From Eledone cirrhosa (lineage: Eukaryota), in NCBI GenBank assembly GCA_964016885.1, contig OZ024743.1, positions 80,166,001 to 80,230,000 of the forward strand: a stretch of 64,000 bases of DNA, read 5' to 3'. Every line of letters starts with the position of its first letter. Within the stretch, counting starts at the first letter, position 1. Positions 41,701 through 56,288 of the stretch are shown piece after piece. The position numbers were made by a program, and so were the translations under genes. A model generated the notes under the pieces. It had not been told where the DNA came from and did no database searches. It saw only the letters and a list, made by a program, of their open reading frames with translations.

Positions 41701-42032
41701 TCTATAATATTATAAAGCTGAGTGTCGTGTGTATTATGTATGTATGTATGTATCCTACACACACCCCTATAGTTTGTTATCTTTACTCTCTCCATCGCTC
41801 TTCCCTCTCTCTACAATAGATCATTCTCCCTCTATATAATTTAACTGCTTTACTCTCTCTGTCGCTCTTCACTCTCAAATATTATAAAGTTGAGCGTCGT
41901 CTCTCCGTTGCTCTTCCCTCTCTCTATAATAGATCATTTCCACTCTCTATAATTTAACTGCTTTACTCTCTCTGTCGCTCTTCACCCTCTATATGACAAC
42001 AGTGTTTGAGTTTCCGTATCTCCCTTCAATAT

Positions 42033-42082
<50 letters not shown>

Positions 42083-42181
42083 TCGGAAGTACAATGTGAC
42101 ACGGGAGAGTGTGTGGTATCTTTGCAGTGGAGTGGTGGGGGCAGATATACCTAGCCGGGCGCCAGCAGGACGGCACAGCTA

Positions 42182-42182
<1 letters not shown>
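41701..42182 (+). mobile_element. Non-autonomous Helitron
   Basis: A|TCtataatattataaag start, GC-rich imperfect hairpin, CTAG|T end; internal tandem duplication. Confidence 0.7.
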
Positions 42183-42218
<36 letters not shown>

Positions 42219-42323
42219 GGAATTCCAACTTTGTCTGATTTACTCGTTTTATTTACAATATTTAAAATTATAATGGTATTAGAATGAAATAGTATGGTAG
42301 AATATTAAATGTTAAGTGTTAAT

Positions 42324-42362
42324 TGAACAAGTACTTTCATGCTTTCGCAATCTTCAGGTTCA
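42324..42362 (-). ncRNA. Type I hammerhead ribozyme
   Basis: tgaac-CTGAAGA-t-tgc-gaaa-gca-t-GAAA-g-ta-CTT-gttca on the minus strand; palindromic AGTACT stem III. Confidence 0.8.
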
Positions 42363-42446
42363 TATTCTGTGGTGACAGTCAAGTTTGCAATTTTCAACAG
42401 TTGAAAATTGCAAACTTGACTGTCACCACAGAATATGAACCTGAAG

Positions 42447-42448
<2 letters not shown>
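42350..42448. repeat. Perfect hairpin, 49-bp arms and 1-nt loop
   Basis: atcttcagg...tttcaac-a-gttgaaa...cctgaagat, then (AT)n. Confidence 0.95.
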
Positions 42449-42531
<83 letters not shown>

Positions 42532-42656
42532 TGTGTGTGTGTGTGTTGAAATCTTAGAAAACTGTCAAGTTGACAAATATATTAACTAAAGATAGTACGG
42601 GCCACAGAACTCAAAAGGATAAAGTAAGGCATTCAAACCAACTTTAATAACTATTA

Positions 42657-42738
42657 ACATCCAGACAGTTTCAAAGTAGAACTGTTTCGCGATTCAGTAA
42701 TGAGAAATTTAGACCTGGAATTGCTCGTCAGTGGATGT
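42657..42738 (-). ncRNA. Full-stem type I hammerhead ribozyme
   Basis: acatcca-CTGACGA-gcaattc..gaatcgc-GAAA-cagtt-ctactttga-aact-GTC-tggatgt: 7-bp stem I, 6-bp stem III, GUC site. Confidence 0.85.
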
Positions 42739-42858
42739 CCAAATTAATACGAGTTTGTATCCCACAAAACGCCAGCCTCAACGGTTTTCCAAGAGATTTC
42801 AACATGAATAGACTCATTATTTTTATCTAAATACATTTTTTTCCAATTTCTCATCCTT

Positions 42859-42894
42859 TCTTCTGGTGAAGGACTAGCGTCCGAAAAGTTAAGA
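42859..42894 (+). ncRNA. Decayed minimal hammerhead
   Basis: tctt-CTGGTGA-a-ggac-tagc-gtcc-GAAA-ag-TT-aaga; two substitutions from canonical. Confidence 0.5.
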
Positions 42895-42975
42895 CCCTCT
42901 TCCTGCTATTTCAAGCGTTAACCTAATATATTCCTTCCATATACTGTGCCGATTGTGTTGTTATTTCTGTTTACC

Positions 42976-43041
<66 letters not shown>

Positions 43042-43183
43042 TAATTACAAAAAATTCTTAAATATCATGCTTGTGGGAAAAGGAAAAATCGTGTCTGAAT
43101 GTATCGGGCTTTTGTTGTTAAGTAGGTAATAGTATATCTTGGAGAAAAAGATGTTAGAGGATTGAAGGGGAAACATATTAAAG

Positions 43184-43256
<73 letters not shown>

Positions 43257-43268
43257 TATATATATATA

Positions 43269-43431
43269 TGGTAAGGAACCAGATGGACTATAACGCACCG
43301 AGTACTCAATACTTAGGGTAGTAAAGTGTTTAACCCCAACGGCAGTCCTCAAGCCGTGTCGACGGCTATTTCTAGTCCAGAAATAGCCGTCGAAACGACT
43401 TGAGCTCTGCCGTCGGCTTTAAACATTTTCC
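43269..43431 (-). mobile_element. Family B fold-back cassette
   Basis: Arms around gacggctatttct-agtcc-agaaatagccgtc; (TA)n flanks. Confidence 0.9.
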
Positions 43432-43690
43432 TATATATATATATATATATTTGGTGTGGGATGCTTAAAGCGTCCGTATGCGGTAGGCCGATTGAGCACT
43501 CGATGCTCTTACAGAGCAGAGTATATTGGAAACTCTGCTTCGAAAGATTGAGACGTATCTGAGGATCTTGCGATTTCAGAGTAAGGTTCGATCATTGTAT
43601 CGATCGTGCCTCGAGCTGGTCACCAGAGAAACGATTCTAATAAGTCTAATAAATTTAAATTCGTCGCACCAATGATTCTCCGTTTCTTAT

Positions 43691-43750
<60 letters not shown>

Positions 43751-43781
43751 TTTAGGCCAGTTACTACAACGGCGCCATTCT

Positions 43782-43826
43782 AGGTACGTACGTTTCGTTA
43801 GCCCTGAGGACAAACTTGTTCAGCCT
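43782..43826 (-). ncRNA. Near-canonical hammerhead (one core substitution)
   Basis: agg-CTGAACA-a-gtttgtcc-tca-gggctaac-GAAA-c-gtac-GTA-cct; a decayed family F hammerhead follows on + at 43851-43897. Confidence 0.6.
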
Positions 43827-44821
43827 GAAATCATCCGGAAAGTCCAATACTTTCCTTGTCATTTCTTACAAATGAAACAGTTCTAGTCCTGTAGAAATAA
43901 TTTCTATAATAAAATGATTATATCTATATTCTTCTTACGTATTTAGTACCTTTTTAAACATTGGTCGTCTCCGGATTTCCATCGGGCTTCTCTATATTAC
44001 ATATGTGTGTGTAATCTTTTGCATGTACTATGCTAGCGTTAATAATAACGACAGTAATAATAATAATATCAACAACAATGATGAAGATGTTGACGATAAT
44101 CTCGGCACTAATGCAGCTTAAACAGGACGCCATTTCACAAATCAATAGGAGTTTTATTTGCATCTCTGCCATTATATTTTGAAACTGATGTTTTCTACTA
44201 TCTCATGAAAACTGGCCTCGGGCTTATTGACGTTCCTGCCGCCAGCTAGAGCTGCTTGTCACATTGAATATATCTTAATTAAAACAGTTTCTTCATAGTA
44301 CAGCTGCTCTATATTCAGCACAGATCTGCTGGTAGAGTTCTCGGCAGTAAACTTCTGATTAGAAACCCAGTAATAATCATAAGGTATACATTAAGTTATA
44401 TTTTCATAATGTACCGGTAGGTGTTGCACTAGAATCTTGCTAGAATTTAGGCAGTTATTGCAATTTATTCTGGTCTATTTACCGGATGTGTATTAAAGCT
44501 ATTAAAGCTATTGCATCTTGATGATATATATTAACTCTTAGCATCCTGTATCACACTAAACCTCATTAGCCACACATTCCTGACAGGTACAAATCAACAC
44601 TATGTGTGCATCACTTTAAAAGTTGAAGTCTTTTCTCTAATACTGCAAATATTCACAACTATCTGTCCTCTAATAAAGATACTATAAACATTTGAATTAA
44701 CATGTTTACTGAACCCTTACACAAAACTAAGAGTTATGGTTATGTCCCCTATACTTAAACTACTCTATACATCAACTATGTACGGTATGTTTCCCCTTTT
44801 TTTCTGGAATAACAAAATAAT

Positions 44822-45145
44822 GGTTTCTTATATAGGCACAAGGCCAGCAATTTTGGGGGAGGGGAAAGTCGATTAAATCGGCCCCAGTGTGTGACTGGTA
44901 CTTTATTTTATCGATCCCGTAAGGATGAAAGGCAAAGTTAACCTCGGTGGGATTTGAACTCAGATCATAAAGGACCGTAACTCTATGCTGAAAAGCATGG
45001 TGTCTGACGCTCTACCGATACTGCCAATCCACTGCTCTGGAATAACAAAATAATTATTTCTACTTTAGGCACAAGGCCAGCAATTATTCCAGTGTATTAC
45101 TGGTACTTTATTTTATCAACCCCGTAAGGATGAAAGGTAAAGTTT
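44822..45145 (-). mobile_element. Full-length SINE with 19-bp TSD plus an adjacent truncated copy
   Basis: tctggaataacaaaataat at 44803 and 45036. Confidence 0.9.
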
Positions 45146-46553
45146 AAAATAATGATATAAAACCAGTATGCGACTTATCTATTGGAATTACAAAATCTTA
45201 TCTGCCACTCAAATGTTGAATTAGTAATGTATGTAAAGTTGGTATATACTAGTATATATGCTACCTATTTCTTACAATGTCGTTCTTTCTTTTTTGTTTA
45301 TTATTCAACAGAATTCGTTTGAATCATGGTTTGTGTTGTGGGGAAACAGCCCTGAATACCTCCCCCACCCGGAACTAAAAGTGGACGAGGGGAAAAAACC
45401 TATAAATAATAACTGAAGTGAAATATCAGGGGACTGTGTGTACAGAGTCTCGTAATAGTCTCTCGTTGGTAGTTCAGAATTGCGCCTAGTGAATACCTTG
45501 GGTGTTACCCTTGTAATACAAAACAGGTGTGTCTCAACATTATAACAGTTTGTATAATATACAACACACCACGTGACATCACCAATTTGTCGTTTATTCT
45601 TTACAGTCTTCAGTATTTCTTCAGTATCTTAGAAGTGAAAAAAAGGGAGAGAAGCCGAATTTCCTGATCCGATTTAGGAAACTGTCCCCTTTGACTTTGT
45701 TTCCATTGCTGATATTATTTGTCAGTCGCGACCCCTGTCAGAAGTCTGATTTCCTTGTATGTCTTTTATATGGAGAGGTTATTTATTTTGCACAAAATAG
45801 TTGAGAAAAGATGTTGTTGGTTTTCGTAGTAAGTAGAGATTCCAAAATCTATTTAAAAGTGGTATTTCAACATATTGGCATATATTGTAGAACAGTATGA
45901 AAATAGACTTGAGGCCGTACAGACTTTGCGTAATGAAGATTTGCTGGAGATGATTGTTTCAAATAACATAAGGCAAACTTTGAACACTGACTGACCAAAG
46001 AGGAAACAACAGATACCACAAAGCCGAGGGTATCAGCAATGGATTATATGAAAAAGCTATTTCTCCATTGGTGTTTCCATTGTTGATGCTATCTATTGGT
46101 CACAAATCTTGCCAGAAGCGCCACTGCTTTTTCCGTGATAGAATGTAAGAATTGAACTAAGATCGTACAGAGCCAGAAGAAATACCACAAAACATCTTGT
46201 TCATTGCTTTAACAGTTCTGCGAATCCACACACACACATACATATATAGCTACATACATACATGCACACGCTTACATACAGAGTCATATACACACATTTT
46301 ACTCCATTTGATTACTAATAATTCCCTGTTAAATATGTCACATAATTGAATTATCATTCGCCAGCTAATACAAATATGAACATCAATCAGAACAAGTAAT
46401 CTTATAACAGTGAAACCTAATTATTAATTAATAAATTAATTAAATAATTAACACTGCTATACTTCACACTATTTCGAAACGTACGTCATACTCTAGACTG
46501 GAATTCTTTCGATATCACTCTCACTATAATGTTACACGTGTAAACCTTTTCTA

Positions 46554-46937
46554 ACTCTCGGGTCCCAAATAACAGAGGGAGGGTGGAGTGAAATAAGCGA
46601 GGCGGGGGAGGGGGGGGGGGGATAGGTAATTTTTCTAGGTTGTCTCCGTTGATTTTTTAAAAATCCAGAATTAGTCATTTAGTTTACATATTGAGACCCC
46701 CAACTCATTCTATTTATTTTATAACATGGGATTTCTAGTAATGTTCTTTATTGTTTATTTTTTGTCATGTATAATATTTTTTAATGTCTAAAGAAAATTG
46801 ATTGTCGCAGGAATGCTACCACCTAAAATAATATTTCTATGGAGATAGATTAGCAACAGGTAACAATCTGGGTGGGGTGATAAATCTGAAAAATTAGTAA
46901 GCGGGGTGGGTGGGGCGATTATTCGAGACCCGAGAGT
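46554..46937. mobile_element. MITE
   Basis: TIRs actctcgggtcccaaataa / ttattcgagacccgagagt; second copy at 14421-14916. Confidence 0.8.
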
Positions 46938-47351
46938 GCAAGCTTGGCATAGAGGGAGGTGGAAATTTTACTTTCAAGAAGCCTCGGGTATGATCTAAAG
47001 TTGTGGTATCTTGGTTATATACTAAACGTCCATTCCATGTAAATCTTGCCCCCTTCGTCTTAGTATTTAAAGCCGCCAGGTATCTCACGTAAAAGTCAAT
47101 TCTCAGACAACAGCCCAACATTTATCGATAAAGTTAACTTGAAAACAAGTGTTACGATGATACAATCAACTTGTTTACATTACTATACCCTGATGTAAGG
47201 GTGATAGATTGGCAGTAATCGGTAGAGCGTCGGAGAACATGATTTGCGGCATATAGTTACGTCCCTTTACGTTCTGGTTAGCTTTGCCTTTCAGTTCCAA
47301 TGCCATACTGGGTTGTTTTAAACGACTTGCTTCTCTCTCTATATATATAAT

Positions 47352-47540
47352 TATTTCTACTTTTGGCACAAGGCCAGCAATTACCCCAGTACATTACTGG
47401 TACTTTATTTTATCGATCACGTAAGGATGAAATGCAAAGTTAACCTCGGTGGGATTTGAACTCAGAATGGAAAGGGCCGTAACTCTATGCGTCAAAGCAT
47501 GGCGTCCAACCCTCTGCCGATACTGCCAATCCACCGCCCT
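47352..47540 (-). mobile_element. Full-length tRNA-derived SINE
   Basis: Head, body and tail present; tatatataat on both sides. Confidence 0.9.
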
Positions 47541-48111
47541 TTATATATAATAACCCATAGTGAGATAGATGAGGACTGTGTTCGTTGTAGAATTGATGAA
47601 TCAAATGCAAAGAAACGAGAGTGGTGACAGGTGAACAATATAGGAACGGAGCGTAAAAAATAGAATTGGAAACGTGATGGAACGATTAAGAGGGAAGTTC
47701 CAAACTTGAGCCGTCTATTCCAAGTTCACAGTTTTTTGGTAGGCAGACGATCGAGGAAGCAGTTTAGAAGTGTCAGCTGAGATATAATGTACAAATTATT
47801 ATTATTGGCCTTGTGCATAAATTAAAAACTATGATTATTATTATCCTAACAGAGCCGATAAATAAAGCAATAGTAATTCATTGGGGTCGATTTAATCGAA
47901 TTTCCCTTTCCCCAAAATTGTTGGCCTTGTGCCTAAATCAGAAATCAATATTATACATAAATAATATCCGACTTTCCTCGGCTCTGACACAGATTCACTT
48001 TGAAGTTAAGTTATTGAGACATATCTTGTGATATATATAACATATATACACAAAGACACAGACAGACACACACACACAAACACACACGTGCACACACACA
48101 GAAACGCACAG

Positions 48112-48203
<92 letters not shown>

Positions 48204-48540
48204 GACATAAACCTAACTCTTCGCTGTCGATAAATTTGAACGATTCTTAGACAAAAACAAAGACGAGGACGCGAAGATAGATAAACTTCATATTTAAACT
48301 TCAAACTTCAAACCATAAAACATTCAAATTTTATTCCTTTCATGTTTATGAAAGCTAAATTAATTCTTTTATCAATGGCTACACGAATGAAATGGTTAGT
48401 GTCAGATGTTTAAATATTCCTGATTGGTAGTAGCAGAGCATTAAATGACATCAGTAATAAAAATGACTGATTTCATATGTTTAGACGTATTCCTGACCGA
48501 TCAACAGAAACAATATGGATGACTAGGTCAGACATCTTGT

Positions 48541-48579
<39 letters not shown>

Positions 48580-48583
48580 AACA

Positions 48584-48664
<81 letters not shown>

Positions 48665-48755
48665 ACACATACACACACATATATATATATATATATGGAT
48701 ATATATATAAATATTATGTATGTATATGAGAGAGAGAATAAAGATATAATGGCTC

Positions 48756-48828
<73 letters not shown>

Positions 48829-49074
48829 AATGTATATGTAATGTATAAATATATATATATGTATAAATATAAGTATGTATACGTCAATACATATATGTGT
48901 ACAGACGCACAGTTTTATGTATATATATACATACATGCACACCTATATACATGTACGTATGGGTTTACCGAACATTTATTATAATGTTCGGTTTGTTTGT
49001 AAATAAACAGCCCGAATTACGCCGTAAAGTGTTCAGGCAACCATCGTTGCCCTTTTGTTCAACACTGACAAAGG

Positions 49075-49118
49075 AACGATGTACTAGTTTCAAGCTTATT
49101 AGCTATCGTCAGCATCGT
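49075..49118 (-). ncRNA. Type I hammerhead ribozyme (family D)
   Basis: acgatg-CTGACGA-tagctaataagctt-GAAA-c-ta-GTA-catcgt. Confidence 0.85.
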
Positions 49119-49385
49119 ATACCTTCCTGTCAGATGGTTGAACGTCTGAAAGTATATACTTTCCTTATGCATATTAACGGCTGAGCACCCTAATTTGCAT
49201 ATCGAGTGAGTTAGTCGGCTGGGCGTACCGAAAACGATAAATGGAAAAGAATGAAACGAAATTTCATTTCTCACACTTAGTACGGCTGATACCTAAATAT
49301 AAGTATGTATACGTACATACATATATGTATACAGACGTACAGTAGTATGTATATATATATACATACATGCACACATATATATATG

Positions 49386-49430
49386 TACAATGCTGACGAT
49401 AGCTAATAAGCTTGAAACTAGTACATCGTT
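49386..49430 (+). ncRNA. Type I hammerhead ribozyme (family D)
   Basis: acaatg-CTGACGA-tagctaataagctt-GAAACTAGTA-catcgt; one stem I mismatch. Confidence 0.75.
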
Positions 49431-49752
49431 CCTGTGTCAGTGTTGGCACCGATGGTTGCCTGAACACTGTACGGAGTAATTCGAGTTGTTTGTTTACAAA
49501 CAAACCGAACATTATAGTAAATATTCGGTAAACCCATACGTACATATATATATATGTGTGCATGTATGTATGTATATACATACTAATGTACGTCTGTATA
49601 CATATATGTATGTACGTAAACATACTTATATTTAGGTATCAGCCGTACTAAGATTCGGAAATGAAATTTCGTTTCATTCTTTTCCATTTATACATATATA
49701 TATATATATAATGTATCTCTCTCTCTATATATATATATATATAATAATAATA

Positions 49753-49881
<129 letters not shown>

Positions 49882-50009
49882 TGTGTACAGACACATATAC
49901 ATACACTAGAGTGTATGTCAGTCTAAACAAAGTAAATCCTGTAATTGTATTTACAAAAATTATGACGATCTAAATTTGTATTAAAATCTCTAATTAATGA
50001 AAATTGATT

Positions 50010-50050
<41 letters not shown>

Positions 50051-50814
50051 TGGCTGCCAACTCGTTTTCGAGTACGGCCACTACTTTATATCCATGTAGG
50101 AGAACCCCTACTGATGCGCTGAACGAGTGTGACTTTTTAGTCCAGCCAGCGACTTGAAAGCTCTGGTACAAACACTACACTTGTGACAATTATTGACACA
50201 TAGTGCTGGGCCCATGGTACCATGTGACGACAAGTGCAGAGAGATCTCCAGATATAAAGCAATGCCTGTGCCGTGAAACCTTTATAGTGAGCAAAGGCAC
50301 TGCACAAAGCCAGTCCCACTCTCTTAACCAAGATGATATTTACCAAAAAGAAGAACAAGTCAACATCATTGGATACCATCAGGGTTGCAGGTGTTATATC
50401 AGAGTTTTCCTTCTCCTAGAATTCTGCCTTGACAAAGGCTAAGGGGTCATCTCTCCCGGTGATTTTGGATGGCCATTGACTCTTAAGAGCTCCTTTGCCT
50501 TTTGACAGGTTTTGTTTTTAGTCCTGCAGGATGTCCAAAGTCACCCTCCTCACCAAGAAACCTTGGTGGGGTTGCCAGTTTAGTCGCCAACGACCCGACC
50601 ATATATACATAAATACATACATACATGTGTGTGCGTACAAATGAAAACTGACGACATGTGTGTGTATGTTTATGAGTATTTCCTCATATAACACGGACAT
50701 ACACACATCATTTGTTATATATCTGGAGGAAAGCTACAAACATATGAATTACGTCTATATTAAAAAAAATATATATATATATACCCATGCTAGCGTGGAA
50801 AATGGACGTTAAAC

Positions 50815-50847
<33 letters not shown>

Positions 50848-50859
50848 ATATATATATAT

Positions 50860-52762
<1,903 letters not shown>

Positions 52763-52841
52763 TTGTTTCGACACACGATTTCATATAAAAACCTCGCAAA
52801 ACTAATTCATCGCCGTTATATATATATATCTATCTATCTAT

Positions 52842-53010
52842 CTAAGGCGGGTAAAATTCCCGAGATCCATGGACGAGTTCTCTCCAGCGGTCTCTGTCCC
52901 TCATTATCGCTGCCATATCCTGCATCTCCAACAGACCAGTGTCTGTCCTTAGGGCATCAACATATGTTAACCTTGGTCTTCCTCTTCTAGTGTGTCCATA
53001 TATGGGCTTA
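52842..53010 (-). pseudogene. RTE-group LINE C-terminus ending in (TAGA)n
   Basis: GHTRRGRPRLTYVDAL..MRDRDRWRELV. Confidence 0.8.
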
Positions 53011-53288
53011 AAAATGGAATGAGAATATAAGAAGAAAACAAGAACTTTAAAGACTATTTTCTTTAAAGCGTTGAAATATCCGAGAACCCCAGTAGACAAC
53101 TGATGAGGAACCCCCCCCCCCCCTCCATTCTTGGTTTCTTCTTATTCTTATTCTACTTTTTTAAGACTAACTTAACTAGCAACTACACAGCCATCCTATT
53201 CTCCATTGCTCTACGGTTCTTATATATTTGATATATATTTATCCTTATCGAGCCCTCTTTGGATATTAGTCTTCAAATTTAGTATTAT

Positions 53289-53342
<54 letters not shown>

Positions 53343-53356
53343 TTAATATAGATGAG

Positions 53357-53403
53357 ATTCTACAGGACTTGAACTGTTTCATTCTTTAGAAATCATCAGG
53401 AAT
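53357..53403 (-). ncRNA. Type I hammerhead ribozyme (family F)
   Basis: attc-CTGATGA-tttctaaagaat-GAAA-cag-ttcaagtc-ct-GTA-gaat, in a 135-bp cassette between two (TA)n tracts. Confidence 0.75.
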
Positions 53404-53469
53404 ATGGCTTTCCAAAAGTAAATATTGTGGTATTTATATCTTTTCAGGTGGTAGGAGAGGGTGGGGAGT

Positions 53470-53510
<41 letters not shown>

Positions 53511-53559
53511 GCACACAGATATACTGGAGCACAGTTGGTGGACTGTACTACAAGGAAGC

Positions 53560-54070
53560 TTATATTTTGCCTATTCGGACGCCGAACTATATGACTTAGA
53601 TATCATCGTACTGAAGACAAAAGCAATATGTCTTGGCAAGCGTTTGGAGGAAGCTGAATCGTCTACTGTTCTTAATGTTGAAATAGAAATGGTCGACCAG
53701 TCTGTCTACCTCGGCAGCCATTAGACAGGAAATAACACAAAGGAGATTCGCTGAAGGATTTATTAGCGTACGGTGCACTGACGTGGTTCATAGAGGCCTG
53801 AAAAAGCAAAAAACATACTCCTCACCACGGAGAAGGATGTTCTCCAACTATAAGCTGTCGAAAGGTGGACTCTGTGGGTGGAAGATTGGTACAAGCTGGA
53901 AAGATTGGAGATGTGTTGCTTTAGACGCCAAACACAAGTAGGATCGGCCTACAACACGTCGACAAGATAATATGACAGACTTCTGTGGCACGACCCCGGT
54001 CAGCGTCGTCGGAAATGAACAGGATCTGTTCCAATGGAAAAGAAGGATGGGGGAAGTCATCGCTCATAGA
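53560..54070 (+). pseudogene. Decayed RTE-type RT C-terminal remnant
   Basis: KTKAI..IEMVDQSVYLGS and DRPTTRRQD..QDLFQWKRRMGE motifs, with deletions and stops. Confidence 0.55.
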
Positions 54071-54394
54071 GTATATATATAAAGAGAGAATGAGAATAAG
54101 CGAATTAGTTTCAGATGTTAAAGTCCTTTAATGATAATGCTGTGATACATATTTCAATGACGACAGTGGTCAAACGATTCCATGTACCCAGTGCCGTGAC
54201 ATCATCAGACAGCTTCTTATATAATAAGGTTACGTTCCCAATGCAATACAAACAGAAACGACACTGGAACCGACAAGGCGTGTGTTCTTGAATCGCCTGC
54301 CCGTTCCCCTGAGGTCAGCAATTCACCTCCTGCAATTCTGTCTATGTGGAAAAAATACGCCGAGTGCTTGATTTGAATTGCATCAATGTTTACC

Positions 54395-54477
<83 letters not shown>

Positions 54478-54479
<2 letters not shown>

Positions 54480-56056
54480 TTAAAACAATGAAATAAAAAT
54501 TCTAGTCATTAGAAATATACTTCACTGCTTTACGATCATTTCTAGGTGATAATAATACATCGTACACATATTTCGTTATCGATCTATGTAGGGTTAGTTA
54601 CAAAATATCAGATAAGGAATATATTTACTTATATGTATATCATCAGCCGTTGTCAAAAGCAATGAGAATTTTATTCAAAATCAATAGTAAATTGAGTTCT
54701 ATGACCTTATTTAGAGGTAGCTGAAGAACAAACCAATCAAATGGTATTTTGCCATATGATGTTAAGATGAAGTATAATTCACTTTAGTTGAGGTCATGAC
54801 CCTTTGAAAGGAATGGTTGAATGGTGTTAAAAATAGAATTACTATAAAGAACCTATGAGGAAAAGGGATTGTTATATTGATAGTGGAATGTAGATGGTGG
54901 AGTGAAGTTTAAAAAGGAATGTAAAAATTAAATGTTGAGTTGTGTTGTATGGAATTTTTAGGTGAATATAAATAAGTAAATATAAAATATACAGAGATAG
55001 CTAGGATAAATATAGATAGGTAAAGTAATGGTCATAACTAGGAAGGATAGTATATTAAAAGATGAAAATTATAATAAGATAATTATTTCTACTTTTGGCA
55101 CAAGGCCAACAATTATCCCAGTGCATTACTGGTACTTTATTTCATCGACCTCGTAAGGATGAAAGGCAAAGTTAACCTCGGCGGGATTTGAACTCAGACC
55201 ATAAAGGGCCGTAACTCTTTATGGTCTGAGTTCAAATCCCGCCGAGGTTAACTTTGCTTTTCATCCTTATGGAGTCGATAAAATAAAGTACCAGTAATAC
55301 ACTGGGATAATTGCTGGCCTTGTACCAAAAGTAGAAACAATTATATTATATTATTATATTATTATATTTTATTATTGGCAGTTTCGGTAGAGGGTCGGAC
55401 GCCATGCTTCCCAGCATAGTTACGTCCCTTTACGATTTGAGTTCAAATCCCGCCGAGGTTGACTTTGCCTTTCATCCTTACGGGGTCGATAAAATAAAGT
55501 ACCAGTAATGCACTGGGTAATTGCTGGCCTTGTGCCAAAAGTAGAAATAATTATCTTATTATACTATTCATCTTTTAATATACTATCCTGCCTAGTTATG
55601 ACCATTACTTTACCTATCTATATTTATCCTAGCTATCTCTGTATATTTTATTTTTACTTATTTATATTCACCTAAAAATTACATACAACATAATATAATA
55701 TAATTGTTTCTACTTTAGGCACAAGGCCAGCAATTACCCAGTGCATTACTGGTACTATGGTACATTGTATATAGTATAATATAGCGTATGATACATCATA
55801 AAATATAAAATAGTAAATACTTTCAAATGTGTCTATGTATAAGTAATCAAACTCAGATAAATGCATGTTGACATATAGTCAAAACGCATAATTTTCATAG
55901 ATCACAAAAGTACATATATTCACATATATTGTAACTAACCCTACATAGATCGATAACGAAATATGTGTACGATGTATTATTATCACCTATAAACGATCCT
56001 AAAGCAGTGAATTATATTTCTAATGACTTGAATTTTTATTTCATTGTTTTAACTTA
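54478..56056. repeat. Nested inverted repeats containing SINEs
   Basis: Outer arms 54478-54608 and 55925-56056; inner arms about 54940-55205 and 55428-55692; SINE palindrome 55085-55342. Confidence 0.9.
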
Positions 56057-56194
56057 TATCATGACTCTGTTTTCCTTTTGATGTTTTATTGTTTTCCGGG
56101 ATTTATTTTAACCTACAACATTTTCAACATATGGATTACATTGAGTTCTTCATGCAGACTAAACCCCACAACTAACCGTGGATATTTCTGTGTG

Positions 56195-56288
<94 letters not shown>

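Larger units (their letters stand above)
48864..49690. mobile_element. Family D tandem plus inverted array (430-bp period)
   Basis: taaatataagtatgtatacgt recurs at 48864 and 49294; 49385-49690 is inverted; homologous to 10454-11299. Confidence 0.85.

Noticed and set aside
43950-44370. Possible coding or mariner-like remnant in unique sequence
   Set aside because: Only short open stretches with stops and no convincing motif.
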